Origin: Raillietiella orientalis
Taxonomy: Eukaryota
Reading direction: 5' to 3'
DNA length: 64,000 nt
Assembly: GCA_036172245.1 (NCBI GenBank)
Contig: JAYWIR010000008.1
Location: 930,001 to 994,000 of the forward strand
The first letter of the stretch is position 1; every line of letters starts with the position of its first letter. The translations under genes and the position numbers were made by a program. Below, piece by piece: positions 24,501 through 36,406 of the stretch. The notes beneath the pieces are model-generated. The model made no database searches and was not told the origin of the DNA. It saw nothing but the letters and a program-made list of their open reading frames with translations.

Positions 24501-27500
24501 TTTCTCTGGGCGCAGAGTAGTTTCTAGGCGCCTGTTCGGAAGGGCGAACCTTTTTTTCAAGCTGGAACCTACTCTGTGCTGGATATGGGTTATCTTTTGA
24601 ACATTGCGTGCTTGCCACTGCAACGGTTTCTTTAGGTCGCAATGATCTCGCGTCCCTTCTCATGACTTGAATCCCTTCCTCCTTTCTCATAGAGAAGAGA
24701 TTGAAAAACGTGTTCAAAAATCGGTCTGTCTTTATTACTGGAATGAGTGTCTCTGTGTGAAGTCGAACTGCCTTTAGAGTCTCTTGGGAATCGAGTGATG
24801 AAAGCTCGTCTTTGAATACGGAACGTATCTATACGGGGTCCTTCAGAGACCTCTATCCTTTCAAGAACAGCAGTAGGAAACCTGGGAGTGCTAACATAAA
24901 AAGAGTTAACGGGATCGCTTTGTGCGTGTGTCTCGCTGTTTTCATTTTCAAATAGGCAAGAGCTTTTAGACTTTTCGAGATGAACTCCGAAAGAGGCTGT
25001 GGGCCGCCGTTCGATATTCTCGAACATCAGAGGTGGCAGGAAGTGGTGGAGGAAAAAAGGGAGCGAAGAGCGGGGAGGAGTAACTTTAACCAGTAACCTT
25101 GACGTTTTTTTTCTTTATGTGCATGAAAAAAAGAGGAAGAAAAGAAAAGGGAAGAAAGAAAGGACCGCCGAATGTGCTCTCCTCTTCGTTCCCCACGCTC
25201 GAGAGCGCTGAAATTTGGTCGTTGCCGTGCTAGTTCCGTGGAAACGGCGCTTGGAAACTACGGGAAGATCAGCAGTGGTCGTTGAGAACGGCTTTCAAAC
25301 GGGAAGTGCACGGATGCGAGCACGGGAGGGGTGTGCAGAATGCCAAGATGGCGGCAACTGCCGTCTCGGCAACTCCGACGAAAGAGTTTTTGATGGGAAG
25401 ATCCCATCGAAGAATGGATTGGTTGTCCTCCGAAGCTCTAAGAGCGGTAACTTCCTCGGTTCCGGGTTCCCACTTCGGCATCCAGATTTGGATCGAGGAA
25501 ACAAGGAGGTGAAGGTGGAGTTAGAGAGGTAGGCGCTGTGGAGATGACGCAGCTCTTGAGAGAAGGTGGTCTGCCTACGTCTCCATCGTCTGGAATCATC
25601 TCTGGTCAGTATGTTTCGGTTCCTCCTCTGTGGGCCGGAAAGGCATGGAAGAGACCTCTCGTAAGTGGCTCCGTCTTCCCGTGGGACTCATGGCAAAGGA
25701 AGGGAAGAAAAAGAAGAGGAGTGGGAAACCATCGCTTCGTTCCATTGCCCTGGAGGGACAAGGGACATCGCTTACGGAATTGTGGTTGCCGCCGGGGATC
25801 GGACCGGGAGACGAACGTCGACCCGCAAGTGCGCGGACTCCTGGGCGTGCTGGGTAGCCCCACAGTGGCGTATGGGGAGAACTGACAGCGGAAGTGCTTC
25901 GGTACCCGGGAGGGAACAGGGGGGAGGAATAGGGAGGGGGATTTCGGTCCGTTGCCCCTCGGGACTTCCAGAGACGGGTGCTGCCCTCTTCTGGTGCCCA
26001 AGGGGAAATTCCCTCTTTTTTCCGGTCCTACTCCCCTGCGGCAATCCTGGGAGGGGCAGAGAAAGGAAGATCAAGAGAATCTCTGGGTCTCCCCAGTGGT
26101 GGAGGGACGCGTCCTTGGGAAGGAAAGGAATTGGGCTGAGACCGAAATAGGAACCGCCACCACCACACTCTCGAGTTGGATATCTCCTGCAGGAGTGCTG
26201 TCGGCGGGATGGAGATGTGGTGTGGGGGGGGGGAGGGGGGGACGAATGGAGAAGCCTCTTGGCTGCTTACAACCTTGGAAGCACTCCCCAAAAGAAAACG
26301 CACTGCTGCTGGTTCGCTCTCCTTGAACCTCCCCCCAAGCGAAGGTCCCCTCCGTCAGCGAAGAGAAGGAGAGCGCCTTCTCATCAGGGAACTTCTTGTC
26401 GAAAGGTCAGGAGGCTGTCGCTTCTTTTTCCTTTTCTTCCCAGGGAAGGACTTTTGCATCGCAGGAGAGTAGGGGAAGGGGAATATTTCAGTAGCGCCTT
26501 GTCTCCCGTGATGGAATTCCCAACTACCGTGGCGCAACGGCAAATGGGGGGGGGGGGAGGGGAGGGAAGCGAAAAGAAAAATTGAGGGAACACTTCCCGG
26601 TGCATCGGTCGCTTCCTCCCTTCTGCTGCAAGACGGCGGTTTTCGTGTGAAAGACAGCCAGAAAGATCCTCGAGAGCGTCGTCTCTGGCCCTTTGCATCG
26701 CTTGCAGCCGCGTCGGGGATGCATTAGGAATTACAGCCTCTATGAATAATGCATTCTCTAGATCCGGTATCTGTCAGTCGTCTCGAGGAATTCACAAATT
26801 GGGGCATCTCCGTGCCTGCTGCTCCGTTCGAATAAATAAATAAAAAGTCCGCATCTCGCGCATTTTTCCGTACAGCGCTTCGGCACGCTGATGTGCAAAT
26901 TGGCTTACAATTCGATTACCGGCATTAGTAGAAATTGCTGCACCTCTCCACTCGGGGTGTCGATGTCGCTAAAAACAAAATGCCATGGAAACTGTTGTCG
27001 AGTGGAGGCTCGGGTCGCCACAGTCAGTGCCCAGGGAGGCCAGGAAAAAAAAAGAAAGGAAGAAAGAAAAATAAAAAATAGGCCACAATGCTTTTGGCAT
27101 TCAAAGATTGCATTCTTCCTGAAGAAATCAGATATTTTCATGTGGTGTTAGGAAAGTTGTATTCGATTACTTGACAACTAATAATGTGGATTGTGTGAAT
27201 TGTCTGCGATAAACAGTTGCCGCAGCACTCCCATCGATGCAGCACAGATAAAGGAAAATAGTTCTCGCTTCCATTAGTGGAAGCAGGAACATTTCTGAGA
27301 GACTTGGCCAATAGATACGCTTTGATTTCGTTAGTGCCAGGATGCCGGCGTATACACGAATTGGCAAACAGTATTGCATGTACACGGTGCTCAGCTTATT
27401 AATCAAACCCTGAAAAGGGGGGGGGGGGGCAAACACACACACACACAAACCTTCCATCGGTTTTCGTAAAGATTCTAATATATGCACGGTGGAAAGGAAG

Positions 27501-30500
27501 ACGAACAAGGTCCGTGTTTTCTTTGGAAGATAGTGATCAAGTTGTAGAGGGAGTGGTGATGGCACGAAATGCAACATTGGCGACCTGAACTGGGATTCGA
27601 GCACGTAGTCTTTCGTGGACAAAAGATTTGATGTTGGCATTGGATGCCTCGTGAGGGCGCAACAAGCAACGTCGATTTACACACGCGCATTTTTTATTCC
27701 CACGTGCACTGTCGTGCACCAACGTTCAAATTTGCTCATTAACTACTGATGTTTTCAATTACATACATTAAGATCACTTTATAAACATCGATCTCACCTG
27801 TTTACTTTGAAATTCATGGTTTCTCTTTTTGGGGGTTTTGTTTTTTCATCTTTGGTCAGTCGACGATTACATGAATCTTTTGGTACGAACTCTGGTGTTA
27901 TGAGGGCAGGTTTCTGTTTCTCATCCCACCAGACTCAAGACGAGAGCACGCAGGGGTGTATACGCAGGTAAATTATCGAGAGAGTAAAAAAAAGAGAAAG
28001 ATATTCTTGGATCTTCCAGAAGAAAGGAAGCGCAAGAGATAGCATCGAACGTCCGATAGTGAAACCTCAATCAGGGTAATTTCGGGATGGGTCGCAAAAG
28101 TACATGAATTTGCTGCTGCTAGCTGTCCGGAAAATGTGATATCGCCCAGAAATTGCGTTCGAGGAAACTCGGGACAACTCCTCCCAAGGCAAGGAGAATG
28201 GGAGTCGCAACACGGAACTCGGAGATCCCTGAGCGCAAAGAGTGCGAGCGGCAGCGCCTCCTGCCGTTGAACGGGAAGAGTGGCAACGCACCCGTGGACT
28301 CTTTCTTTCCAAACTGCCAGGGTAGAACTCCGAGGAGCACACCGGGGCGCTGTTGCAGTCGAGCTGGGACGAGAGAAGGCGCAGTGACAAAAAATCTGCG
28401 GTAGAGGGCGTGCGATGTGCACGTTACCTCAGGCAACGAGATCAGGTGACCATTCGGCGGGAACCTCCGAAAAGAAACAAAGCTCGGGACGAGACCGCAG
28501 AATTGGACTCGTGTCTTCGTCTACTCACGGGAGCCCTTTACATTGTGGCCGTCCGATCTTATCAGTTTCCTTGACCCCACGGACGCCGGAGTGCCGGTTC
28601 GTCGTCGCCGCCGTGAGACCTGCCGTGCTCTCTTCCACCGGTCCACGTGATGGAAGAGGAGAGGCTCTTGACGATGACCTCGCCGTCGCGTCACCGGGTG
28701 CAGCCCGTCGGGAAAGGGGAAGAGGGCGGATGGGGTAACGACATGACTCCTGCTGAAGCGACAGCGGACGAGAGGGAGCTAGAAGACCCTCAGAAGAATG
28801 CAGCTATGGTCTGCCGAGCTCACGTGGAAATACCCTCGGGAAACCTCACCTCCGGGGACAGACGGGAAGCGACGAGGCAATTCCAGAATGATCGATAAGG
28901 ACTCTCCCCCCTCCAATCGGTCCTACGAAACCGGAAGGGATTCATCCCGTTGGCAGAGTGGACCGAGGGTGATGGGCCAGCGAAGGGAATTGAGAGGTGG
29001 TTGTCTCCAGGACGGCTCTGAGCGATCACGGGAGAAGGATCTGACGCTTCGCCCCTTTTTGCCCTCCACCGTGACCATCTTTTTCCGTAGCGATCCCTTC
29101 AAGAGCATGGTGGGATTCTGGAGAAGAAAGCACTTGAGTAGGCGGAGCGGATTCTTTTGGGTGGATGCCGCCGCCGGCGGCGGCACTGGATCGTAGACCC
29201 TCCGTTTGCCTCGGGCAAACCACAGCAGCCCCGGGCGCATCCCACACGTCCGCTCCTCCCCCCAGGAGACCCTTAAGGAAGGCGGGGGGGGGGAGAGAGA
29301 GAGAAAAGCAAAGAGTCGTTCGGTCCCCACACACGACACAGGCGACTGGTCGTGCTCCTTCCTGACTTGGGTGTCGCGCACGCAAGGGCATCAACCAGCT
29401 CCGTGTTACCGCGGCACCATCTTCACAACCGGAGGGAACTTTGCAGGAAACCGACTCTCTGATTCCTGGAAGAACCCTGAAAGGTCAACTTCCATAGTTC
29501 CAGCCAGTCAGTCTCGGCCAATCTGGTCAGTTTTCATCAGTGCCGCCCCAGAGTAAGCCACCAGCGTCATCCTACTGGGGGGACTCGAAACTCACGACGC
29601 ACCCGAATTCTCGGTGGGGATTCGAACCCGGAACGCTTGCTACCACACGCGCAGACCGTAGGCATACGGCCATCGACGCGGACTCGGCAGCAGGAAGCTC
29701 AGGCCTCCCGACGGGAACGTCGGTCTGTGCGACGACGCCTATCCGTCGCCAGCTGGATCTACCGGCTGCCGGGCGCTGGCGGGCCGACAGGCAGGAGGGG
29801 AGAGAGAGGAGGGGGAAGGGGGGTTCGGACGATCAACCCTAGTGCTTTCGTCGAGGTGCGCGGGGTCGAGACAGGGGAGACAAGGAATCCTCCACGCCTC
29901 CCCGGGCGCGAGCGACGGGATCCGGAAGAGAAGCCCCGCGAGGCGCTCCCCACTCCACGTGCCTTCTCCTTCCCTTCTCTCTTGCCAGATTCCATGAGCA
30001 GGAGCTTCTCGACCCCCGGCCTGGTGGAATCCAGAGGGATCACCCCCTTGCACACTACCGAGACGCTCAAGCTGAAGAAGAGCGACTACTCGATGACCGC
30101 GGCCAACATCGCCGCCTCCTGTGATACCTACGAAAGGTGAACCTCCTGTTCTTCGCTCGGGCCGTGAGGAGGGGAAAGTCTTGGGATGGGGCACCTTTCC
30201 TGCAGGGCGAAGCGAAGGACAAGACAGGTTGAGCGATTCCTTCCTTCCCCCCTCTCCCCCCGCTTTCCACGTGCGTTGTGCTGCAGCTGCGGACGGAATC
30301 GCGCCAGACTCCGAGCCCTGGGAGATGCCTCCCTCCTCCCCCCTCTTCCACAAAGGAAACAACAGCAGTAGCCACTCGGAGGCTGGTGGTGATGGATGGT
30401 CGTCTCGGAGAGGGCTCGTGACCTCGCAATGGGCCGGTGCCCATGCAAAGGGCACCGGCCCATCGTGTGCATTCTCTTCGATTTTCTCTCCGCCCTCTGC

Positions 30501-33500
30501 AGCACTGTCTACGCTTTGAGACCGCGCTGCCTGTGCACACGGGAACGATCCGTTTCCAGGAGTGAAGGGGACCGCTTGCGCTTCCTCCGCTCCGCGCCGA
30601 AGGAACGGGAGTTTGGATGTGTCTTCGCGTTGCATCTCGGGTCCCATCGATGGGCGTTCGGGTCGCAACAGATCCGTCCATCCCGAGAGTTTCACCGCGG
30701 GTTCGCTTGCGGAATTAGTTGGAGCAGAGGTCCAGAGGAGAAGCCTCACCCGGACATGGAGAACTCGCATTCGTCCTAGCGCCGGCAGCCTCCTGCTGAA
30801 AACGGAGATCTGTTGACGTTGTTGACCGAGGACCCCTCCTGCAACCTCCTCTTTCTCTCTGTCCCCGGGACGGAGGAGAGCAAAAACTCCGTCTTCGACT
30901 TGAGAGGGTGTAAAACGCTGTGGGCGCTGCCTGGTGCATGCGCCAAGGTGGCTGCGGCGTTCCTTCCCCCGAGGGCACACCGCCGTTCCACGCATCTGAA
31001 AGAAGCCAGCAAGGCGGCGCTCGCGCGGGCTGCTCGTTCTCTTCGCAGGGTTTTTCAAGGCAACTTTTCCTGGAATCCTGTTGGAGTCCCAGGAAGAGTT
31101 GCTTCAAGTCTACCGAAGAGAAACAGAAAGCAGTGACGAAAGGAGGGGACGAGGGGAAAGCAACGACGACAGGATCATCCTTCCGATTCCGATGCATAGG
31201 GAGGGAAATGCCGCGCGCCAGCCGCGTGGGGGCGGGTGGTAATGCCCGTGGACGAACCAGTCTTAAGAGGCGGTGCGAGGATTTGGGAGCGAAACGCGTA
31301 GGACGCAAGGAGGGAGGAACCCCGGGAATGGTTTTGCCGCAAGGGAGTGCGCGCGAACTCTCTGAGGAGGTGCATCCATCCACAGCAGCACGGTCGAAGA
31401 AGGTGACGGTGTTCCCTCCGCCGACACTCGGCCGGCACGGCACCGCTACCATTTGTTCGCCCACATCTCGATCCCGCGTTCCCCGTGCTCCCGTTCTCAA
31501 GCGTTCCTCGTTTTTCCCCTCTCCGAGCGGAAGAGGGAAAATACGCTTCCCCGTCAGCGCGCGTGCGACGTGGAACAGCCACAAACCGCGCGCAATCGCC
31601 GTCCTTTTCCGAAACGTGGCAAAAAGCCCGCATCACCGTCGCGATGCCCGGTGAGGACGGTCACGGAAGGAAGCAGCGCGCCTCTTCCCGCGGCGGGCAA
31701 GGAGAAAGCACCCGCGTCCACCAGCGCTTGCGTGAAAAAGCTGGAACTTAGAGGCCGACGACGGGAACGCATCCCGAATCCCCTGTCCCCTTCCTCCTGC
31801 ACCGCCTCGGCTCCTTATCAAGCAGTGTGAGGCGACGCGCGTTTCTCTCGTTGCATTTCCATCGAGACGACCCCTCCTCTTCCCTGCTTTCCGATCTGGA
31901 CGGTCGCCCTCTTTCTGCAATCCTGTTTCCTCGGGAACCGCCGCGGCGCGCGGCGCTCCAAGGCGAACCGGGCGTGAGACCGGTGATGTACACGCGTTTC
32001 TCTCCCCGCGCGTGCATCACCGACCCTCTTGCAGCATCCGGTCGAGCGGTGGAAAGAAGAGGACGAAACGTCCGTATCCATGCGAACGGTTGGTGCCACT
32101 CGGCGTACCCTACGACACGGCCGTTTTCGCCTTGAGGAAACTACTGGGGGGAGGGGGGCATCGGTCCCAAGGACCTCATCGAAATGACCAGCGCCAGCAA
32201 TGATGAGGGATAAAGACGGGGAACTTTGCCTTTGATCTGGCATCTGCCGAATGCGACCGCTGCTGACAGGTCGCCGCAACTGTCGTGCGCGCCGTGCTTG
32301 CGCGCGCGAACTGCACCTCCTAGCAAATTTCAACTTCTGAAAACATAAGGAGGCGAGGAGGAGGAGGAGGGGAGTTTGCACTGCGGGAAGAGTCATCTCG
32401 TCGTAACCTGGTAACCGTGTAGACCCAAATGGATGCACAGCAAACAGGAATCTCAAGACGTGGTCTCTCCTCCCCCCCTCCCTTCGTGCTCAGTCGCCTT
32501 TGCAATTACCTCTGGGGATGTTTCGCAGAACGCCTCCGCAAACAAACGGACTTTTCCGTGTGGCCCATCAGGCGGATTCGCGCGTGCACGAAGTTCCTGC
32601 AACCCTTTTCCCCGAGAGGACCGACCCGCGATTCTGGATTGCAAAGTCTGCTCTCCCTCGATCCTCGCTGCGAAGTCGCCAGGGAGCGTTCTTTCCGCGC
32701 GCGCCCCCCGTCCTTGCCGTTCCTCTGCTAGGCGCGGAGGGTGCTTCCCTCCCGGGAGAGGCGGGAGAAAGGGAAATCTTCCTCGTGCGGCGGCGACATA
32801 TCGATTTTTCATCTTGCTGCGGCACCCAGTGCTGGGGTTATCCATCTGCTTTGCGGACAACCCCCCGCTTCCTGGAAACTCCTCAAGCGGTCGGTGTCAC
32901 CGCACGGGGGTCCCTGCTGCTGAAACTCTTCCTCTCACCCTCTTCTCCTGCGTCGTGTGACTTCCAGGAGGCGGACCGGCCACGGGGGATGTGCGCACGC
33001 GTTTTGCAACGCGGCGAGCCCTCCGGTGCGTCCGCTGTGAATGGTCGCACTGGGCGAGGACTGGCACGGAGTGTTCCATTCCAGTGATCTCGGCGGCGAA
33101 AGGTCAAGGAGGGCTCCGCCGAGCCTTACTCGATCGGAGAGGCGGCGTCTGCAGGGTGCCATCTGGCCCTTCACTCGCCACGTGCCCCCGACGCAAAAAT
33201 GCGCGCACCGAGACTCCTCCGCCGCAACGCTTCCCCATTGACGGAGCTGCTTCTCGCAGTAGGAGCGCCTTCCGCTTGGGTTTACGGGACGGCATCAGAG
33301 GCTCGGTCGGCAGGGAAGGCGGGCAACGGAACCATCGTTTTGTCTTGTTTTCCAGGACTCGAGGCTTTATATGGGAAGAAGGGAGGGACTTTCCGCCCTG
33401 TCTGGTTGTGGTCTCGTTGCGATATCGATTCTCTCTCTTCCCCCCCCCCCCCCTTCTGCAGTTCGCTTCAACAGTGAAGCGAACCCCGCGGTGAGCGCGC

Positions 33501-34776
33501 GCGCGACTTGCAGGTCTGCACGACGGCGGCCACAGCAACACCGTACCCGGCTACTTCGACGTCACCTGCACTCGCCACGTGCGAGGGGACAGGAAGGCCT
33601 GCCGAGACTGCCCATCTTCGCACGATAAGAGGGGGGAGGGGGTAAGAAGTCGGACCCGCCTCGCTTGCACTTGTGTTTGCCAAGGGGTCCGTCCCTCGTC
33701 GTCATGTGAGCCCGTGGGTTCTCGATGCTTGACGGCGGGGAGAAGCGGCGTCGGCGCTGGGGGGGGGGGGGAGCGCAGAGGCTCGCGTGTTTACCTTCCT
33801 TCCCCTCCCCCCCGGCCCTCCTCCTATTTTCGGATGAGTGTCCTCTCCCTCTTTTCTCCTCCACCAGCACCACCTGTCTTCGACGACGTCCTCAAGGCAT
33901 CGTCCTACTGGCGGGAAGGGTAAGAGGTTGCGTGTATTGCGTGTACGACAGAAGCAACCGTTGCCTGCGGGCCAGGGTCGCCTCTATTTTTCCCTCATAG
34001 CGGGAAAGAGCGACCGCGCAGCGTGGTTTCCCGGCGCGCGGAAGCGCTCGGTCGCCCCCCCCCCCCGTCATTGCGTCCCTCTCGTTGCAGACTGCCAAGA
34101 AACGATCGGTTGAAGTCCCACAGCGTCGCCTCATCCTCCACGGCGATCTCGTTCAACTATCCCACGGAGCTAGGCAACAGGGAGGACCTTCCGAGGAAGC
34201 TGGACACTTGCGCAGGTACCTCCGCCGCTCCCGGGACGGGGTCCTCCGTCTCCTCTTCCAGCCTTCCGGAACCTGCCGTCCTACCCGCACGGCGGGAGCA
34301 AGGAGCAGGCGCCCGTCGCGAACCTCAGGCAGCCCCACTTCCCGCAACGCGCCAGCGCCCCCGGCGAGCTGCTGGGAGCTCCCGAGGACGGATCTTCCGG
34401 CGCAGCGGCAGGAGGTCAGGAGGGGCTCTCCCTGACGAGGTGGGGAGCGGAGAGGAGGAAAGGCTCGCCGCCGACCCGCCCCTCCTCCCCCACGGACCAC
34501 GTTCTGCTGTCCGAGATCCGCTGCCTGAAGGAGAAGCTGGCCAGCCTGGAGCTGGAGAGCTCGTCCATCAACATCAAGCTGAGCCAGCAGCAGGAGGAGG
34601 TGGAGAGCCGACTCGCCGAGCTCGAGATGCGCGTGCGCGCCGCGGCGGCGGGCGGCGGCGGTGGCGACGACGACGGCCGGAGCAGCCGAGACGACGACAG
34701 CGACGGCGGCAGCGACGACGACGACGACGGCCGGAGCAGCAGAGATGACGAGCAGAACCAGGAGTCCTTCATCTGA
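1979..34776 (+). CDS. Cyclic nucleotide-gated cation channel alpha-type subunit (resembles the Drosophila CG42260 subfamily), 9 coding exons, about 887 aa
   Basis: Exons 1979-2117, 7431-8567, 18794-18934, 20088-20240, 20946-21083, 23562-23729, 29989-30136, 34091-34215 and 34262-34776. All introns are GT-AG with compatible phases, total 2664 nt. Motifs seen: S1-S6 ([14 protein letters not shown]4 [12 protein letters not shown]), pore [17 protein letters not shown]-linker KLDGVKTYM...[45 protein letters not shown]...YFGEISIL...[21 protein letters not shown], then a C-terminal coiled coil ending ESFI-stop. The N-terminal exon structure is the least certain part. Confidence 0.93.
6469..6528. repeat. 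Compound (TC)n(TG)n microsatellite
   Basis: Directly visible tctctc...tgtgtg run with occasional CG interruptions. Confidence 0.95.
29390..29675 (-). mobile_element. Possible tRNA-derived SINE in CNG intron 6
   Basis: The minus strand has a perfect Pol III B-box GGTTCGAATCCC (plus-strand gggattcgaaccc, 29617-29629). A degenerate A-box-like TGGCCGTATG lies at ~29663-29672 with tRNA-like spacing. No complete cloverleaf found; the 3' boundary is a guess. Confidence 0.35.
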
Positions 34777-36169
34777 GGTTCGCTTCGCCCTTGCCTTCCC
34801 CGGATCCACCCGCCGCCCACCGCAAGAGACGAAAAGAGCGCGGCGCCGCAATCCGGGAAGGCGGACCGACCTTCGCCAGTGGAGCCAGCCACTTCCCTCC
34901 TCTCCCCCCCATCCCCGGAGTCCTTCGCCCTCGCCAAGAAAACTCTGCCTGGGTTCTTCCTTGCGGCTTCTTTTTTCTCCTTTTGGTGCGTGGCTGCACC
35001 CGCGGGGCGGGAGTGGGGGAGGGAACCTTTCCCCGACCCTCTGCCCCTCCTTTTCTCCAAGGGCAGGCTTTCCAAGAGCCGAATGGGGTATGAAAGGGTG
35101 GGGGGTGGCAAACATTTCGTTCGCGCAAGGACCTGGTGGTCTCGGCCCGTCGCGTGCAAGAGCAAGGACGGGCGGCAGGGCCGCGGACTCGCCAGCGGAA
35201 AAGTGGAGTAATGCGGGCGGAGGCGAGGTTGTCGGCCACCTCGCGACGAGAAGCCTCGTCGCGTTAGGGCTCCACCCAAAAGGAGGAAAAGGCGGTGCCC
35301 TCACACGTGCACGGGGTGCGCCGCAACTCGCGCAAGCGGAGGGCGAACGAAGGAAGGAAGCGCCGCCACTGCAGCGGAAAGGAGCGAAAGGAAGACGGCA
35401 GCGGCAGCAACAACGGGGAACGGAAGGCGCACCGCAGTGACCACCGGCTTTCTCAGAGCAACTCCGGCTCCGAAAGCAGGGTGGGGATGGCGATGGGAAA
35501 GGAAGCGAACGCAGCCCTGCACCGGGTCGGAACGGGACCTCGTCACGTCGCGCCCGAGGAGGATGCCTCTTCGGGAAGGGATCGCGCGGCCAGCGGCGGG
35601 AGTGCCGGGAGACAGAGAGGCCAATCTGCACGCAAACGCAGCGGCAGCGGCGCAAGGAAACTGATGACGTCACGCAGGGTGCAGTGGATAGGCCGATTCC
35701 CCCGACCTTTTCCTTCCATCCGGACAGATTCGTCGAAAGGAGCTCCTCCTACTTTCTCAAGAGTACACCGGTCCAAGCTCCATCCGTTTCTCCTACTCCT
35801 TCCCTCCCGTTTCGTCATTTACGAACTTCCCACTTTTCCCCAATTTCCATGCCGAAGAGGCGCACGGAGAGAAAGGAGGATTTCCTGCGGACCCCGGGAG
35901 CCGTCGCCGCAAGCGAAGAGAACAATTCCGTGACAAGACGGACGGACAGACGGAAGCAGCAGCAGTCAACACGCATTCTGGGGAGCTGGAGCGCGGGCGG
36001 AAAAAGGGGAAGGTGGTGAGGAGTGAAGGGAATGCCCTCCCGAGGATGATGGAGGGGAAACTGCGCATGGGTTTCCTTCCCCCGGGGTGAGGTAGCAAGA
36101 AGAGGAGTGCAGGACTTGAGCTGATGGAGCACGCGATGGGGGCGGGAGTGGAGGCAGGGAGTCGTGACA

Positions 36170-36406
36170 AGAGCCGACATGCAGGCGAGACCCCCGCCTG
36201 CGGCAAATCGGTCCCGCACACCTCGCGCCACCGCGAACGGTGGACCCACCAGCTGCCGCGACGGTGGCCAATCGTCGTCTCGGTCTCCGAGCGGACCATT
36301 TTTTAGTTAGGGAGAACCCATCCTGTTCCTACTGCCAGCGAGTGCGCAGGCGGGGTCTGCGGGACCGCTTTGCCGCAGGCGGGGGTCTCGCCTGCCTATC
36401 GGCTCT
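36170..36406. repeat. 53-bp inverted repeat with a 131-bp spacer (possible MITE or dsRNA stem)
   Basis: Left arm 36170-36222 (agagccgacatgcaggcgagacccccgcctgcggcaaatcggtcccgcacacc) matches the reverse complement of 36354-36406 with 4 mismatches. Confidence 0.9.

Noticed and set aside
24054..24527. ORF after the CNBD exon as an alternative terminal exon, with a possible intronic AATAAA cluster at 26831-26845
   Set aside because: Phase-1 acceptors here lead to short unrelated peptides, and the conserved continuation (STPGLVES) is at 29989. No support without transcript data.
29739..31058. 439-aa minus-strand ORF in CNG introns 6-7
   Set aside because: Low-complexity GC-rich sequence with few stops, no recognisable motif, and it overlaps a real exon antisense.
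34153..35673. 506-aa minus-strand ORF, plus overlapping 241-287 aa ORFs
   Set aside because: Antisense shadow of the very GC-rich terminal CNG exon and 3' UTR; Arg/Pro/Gly-rich with no domain.
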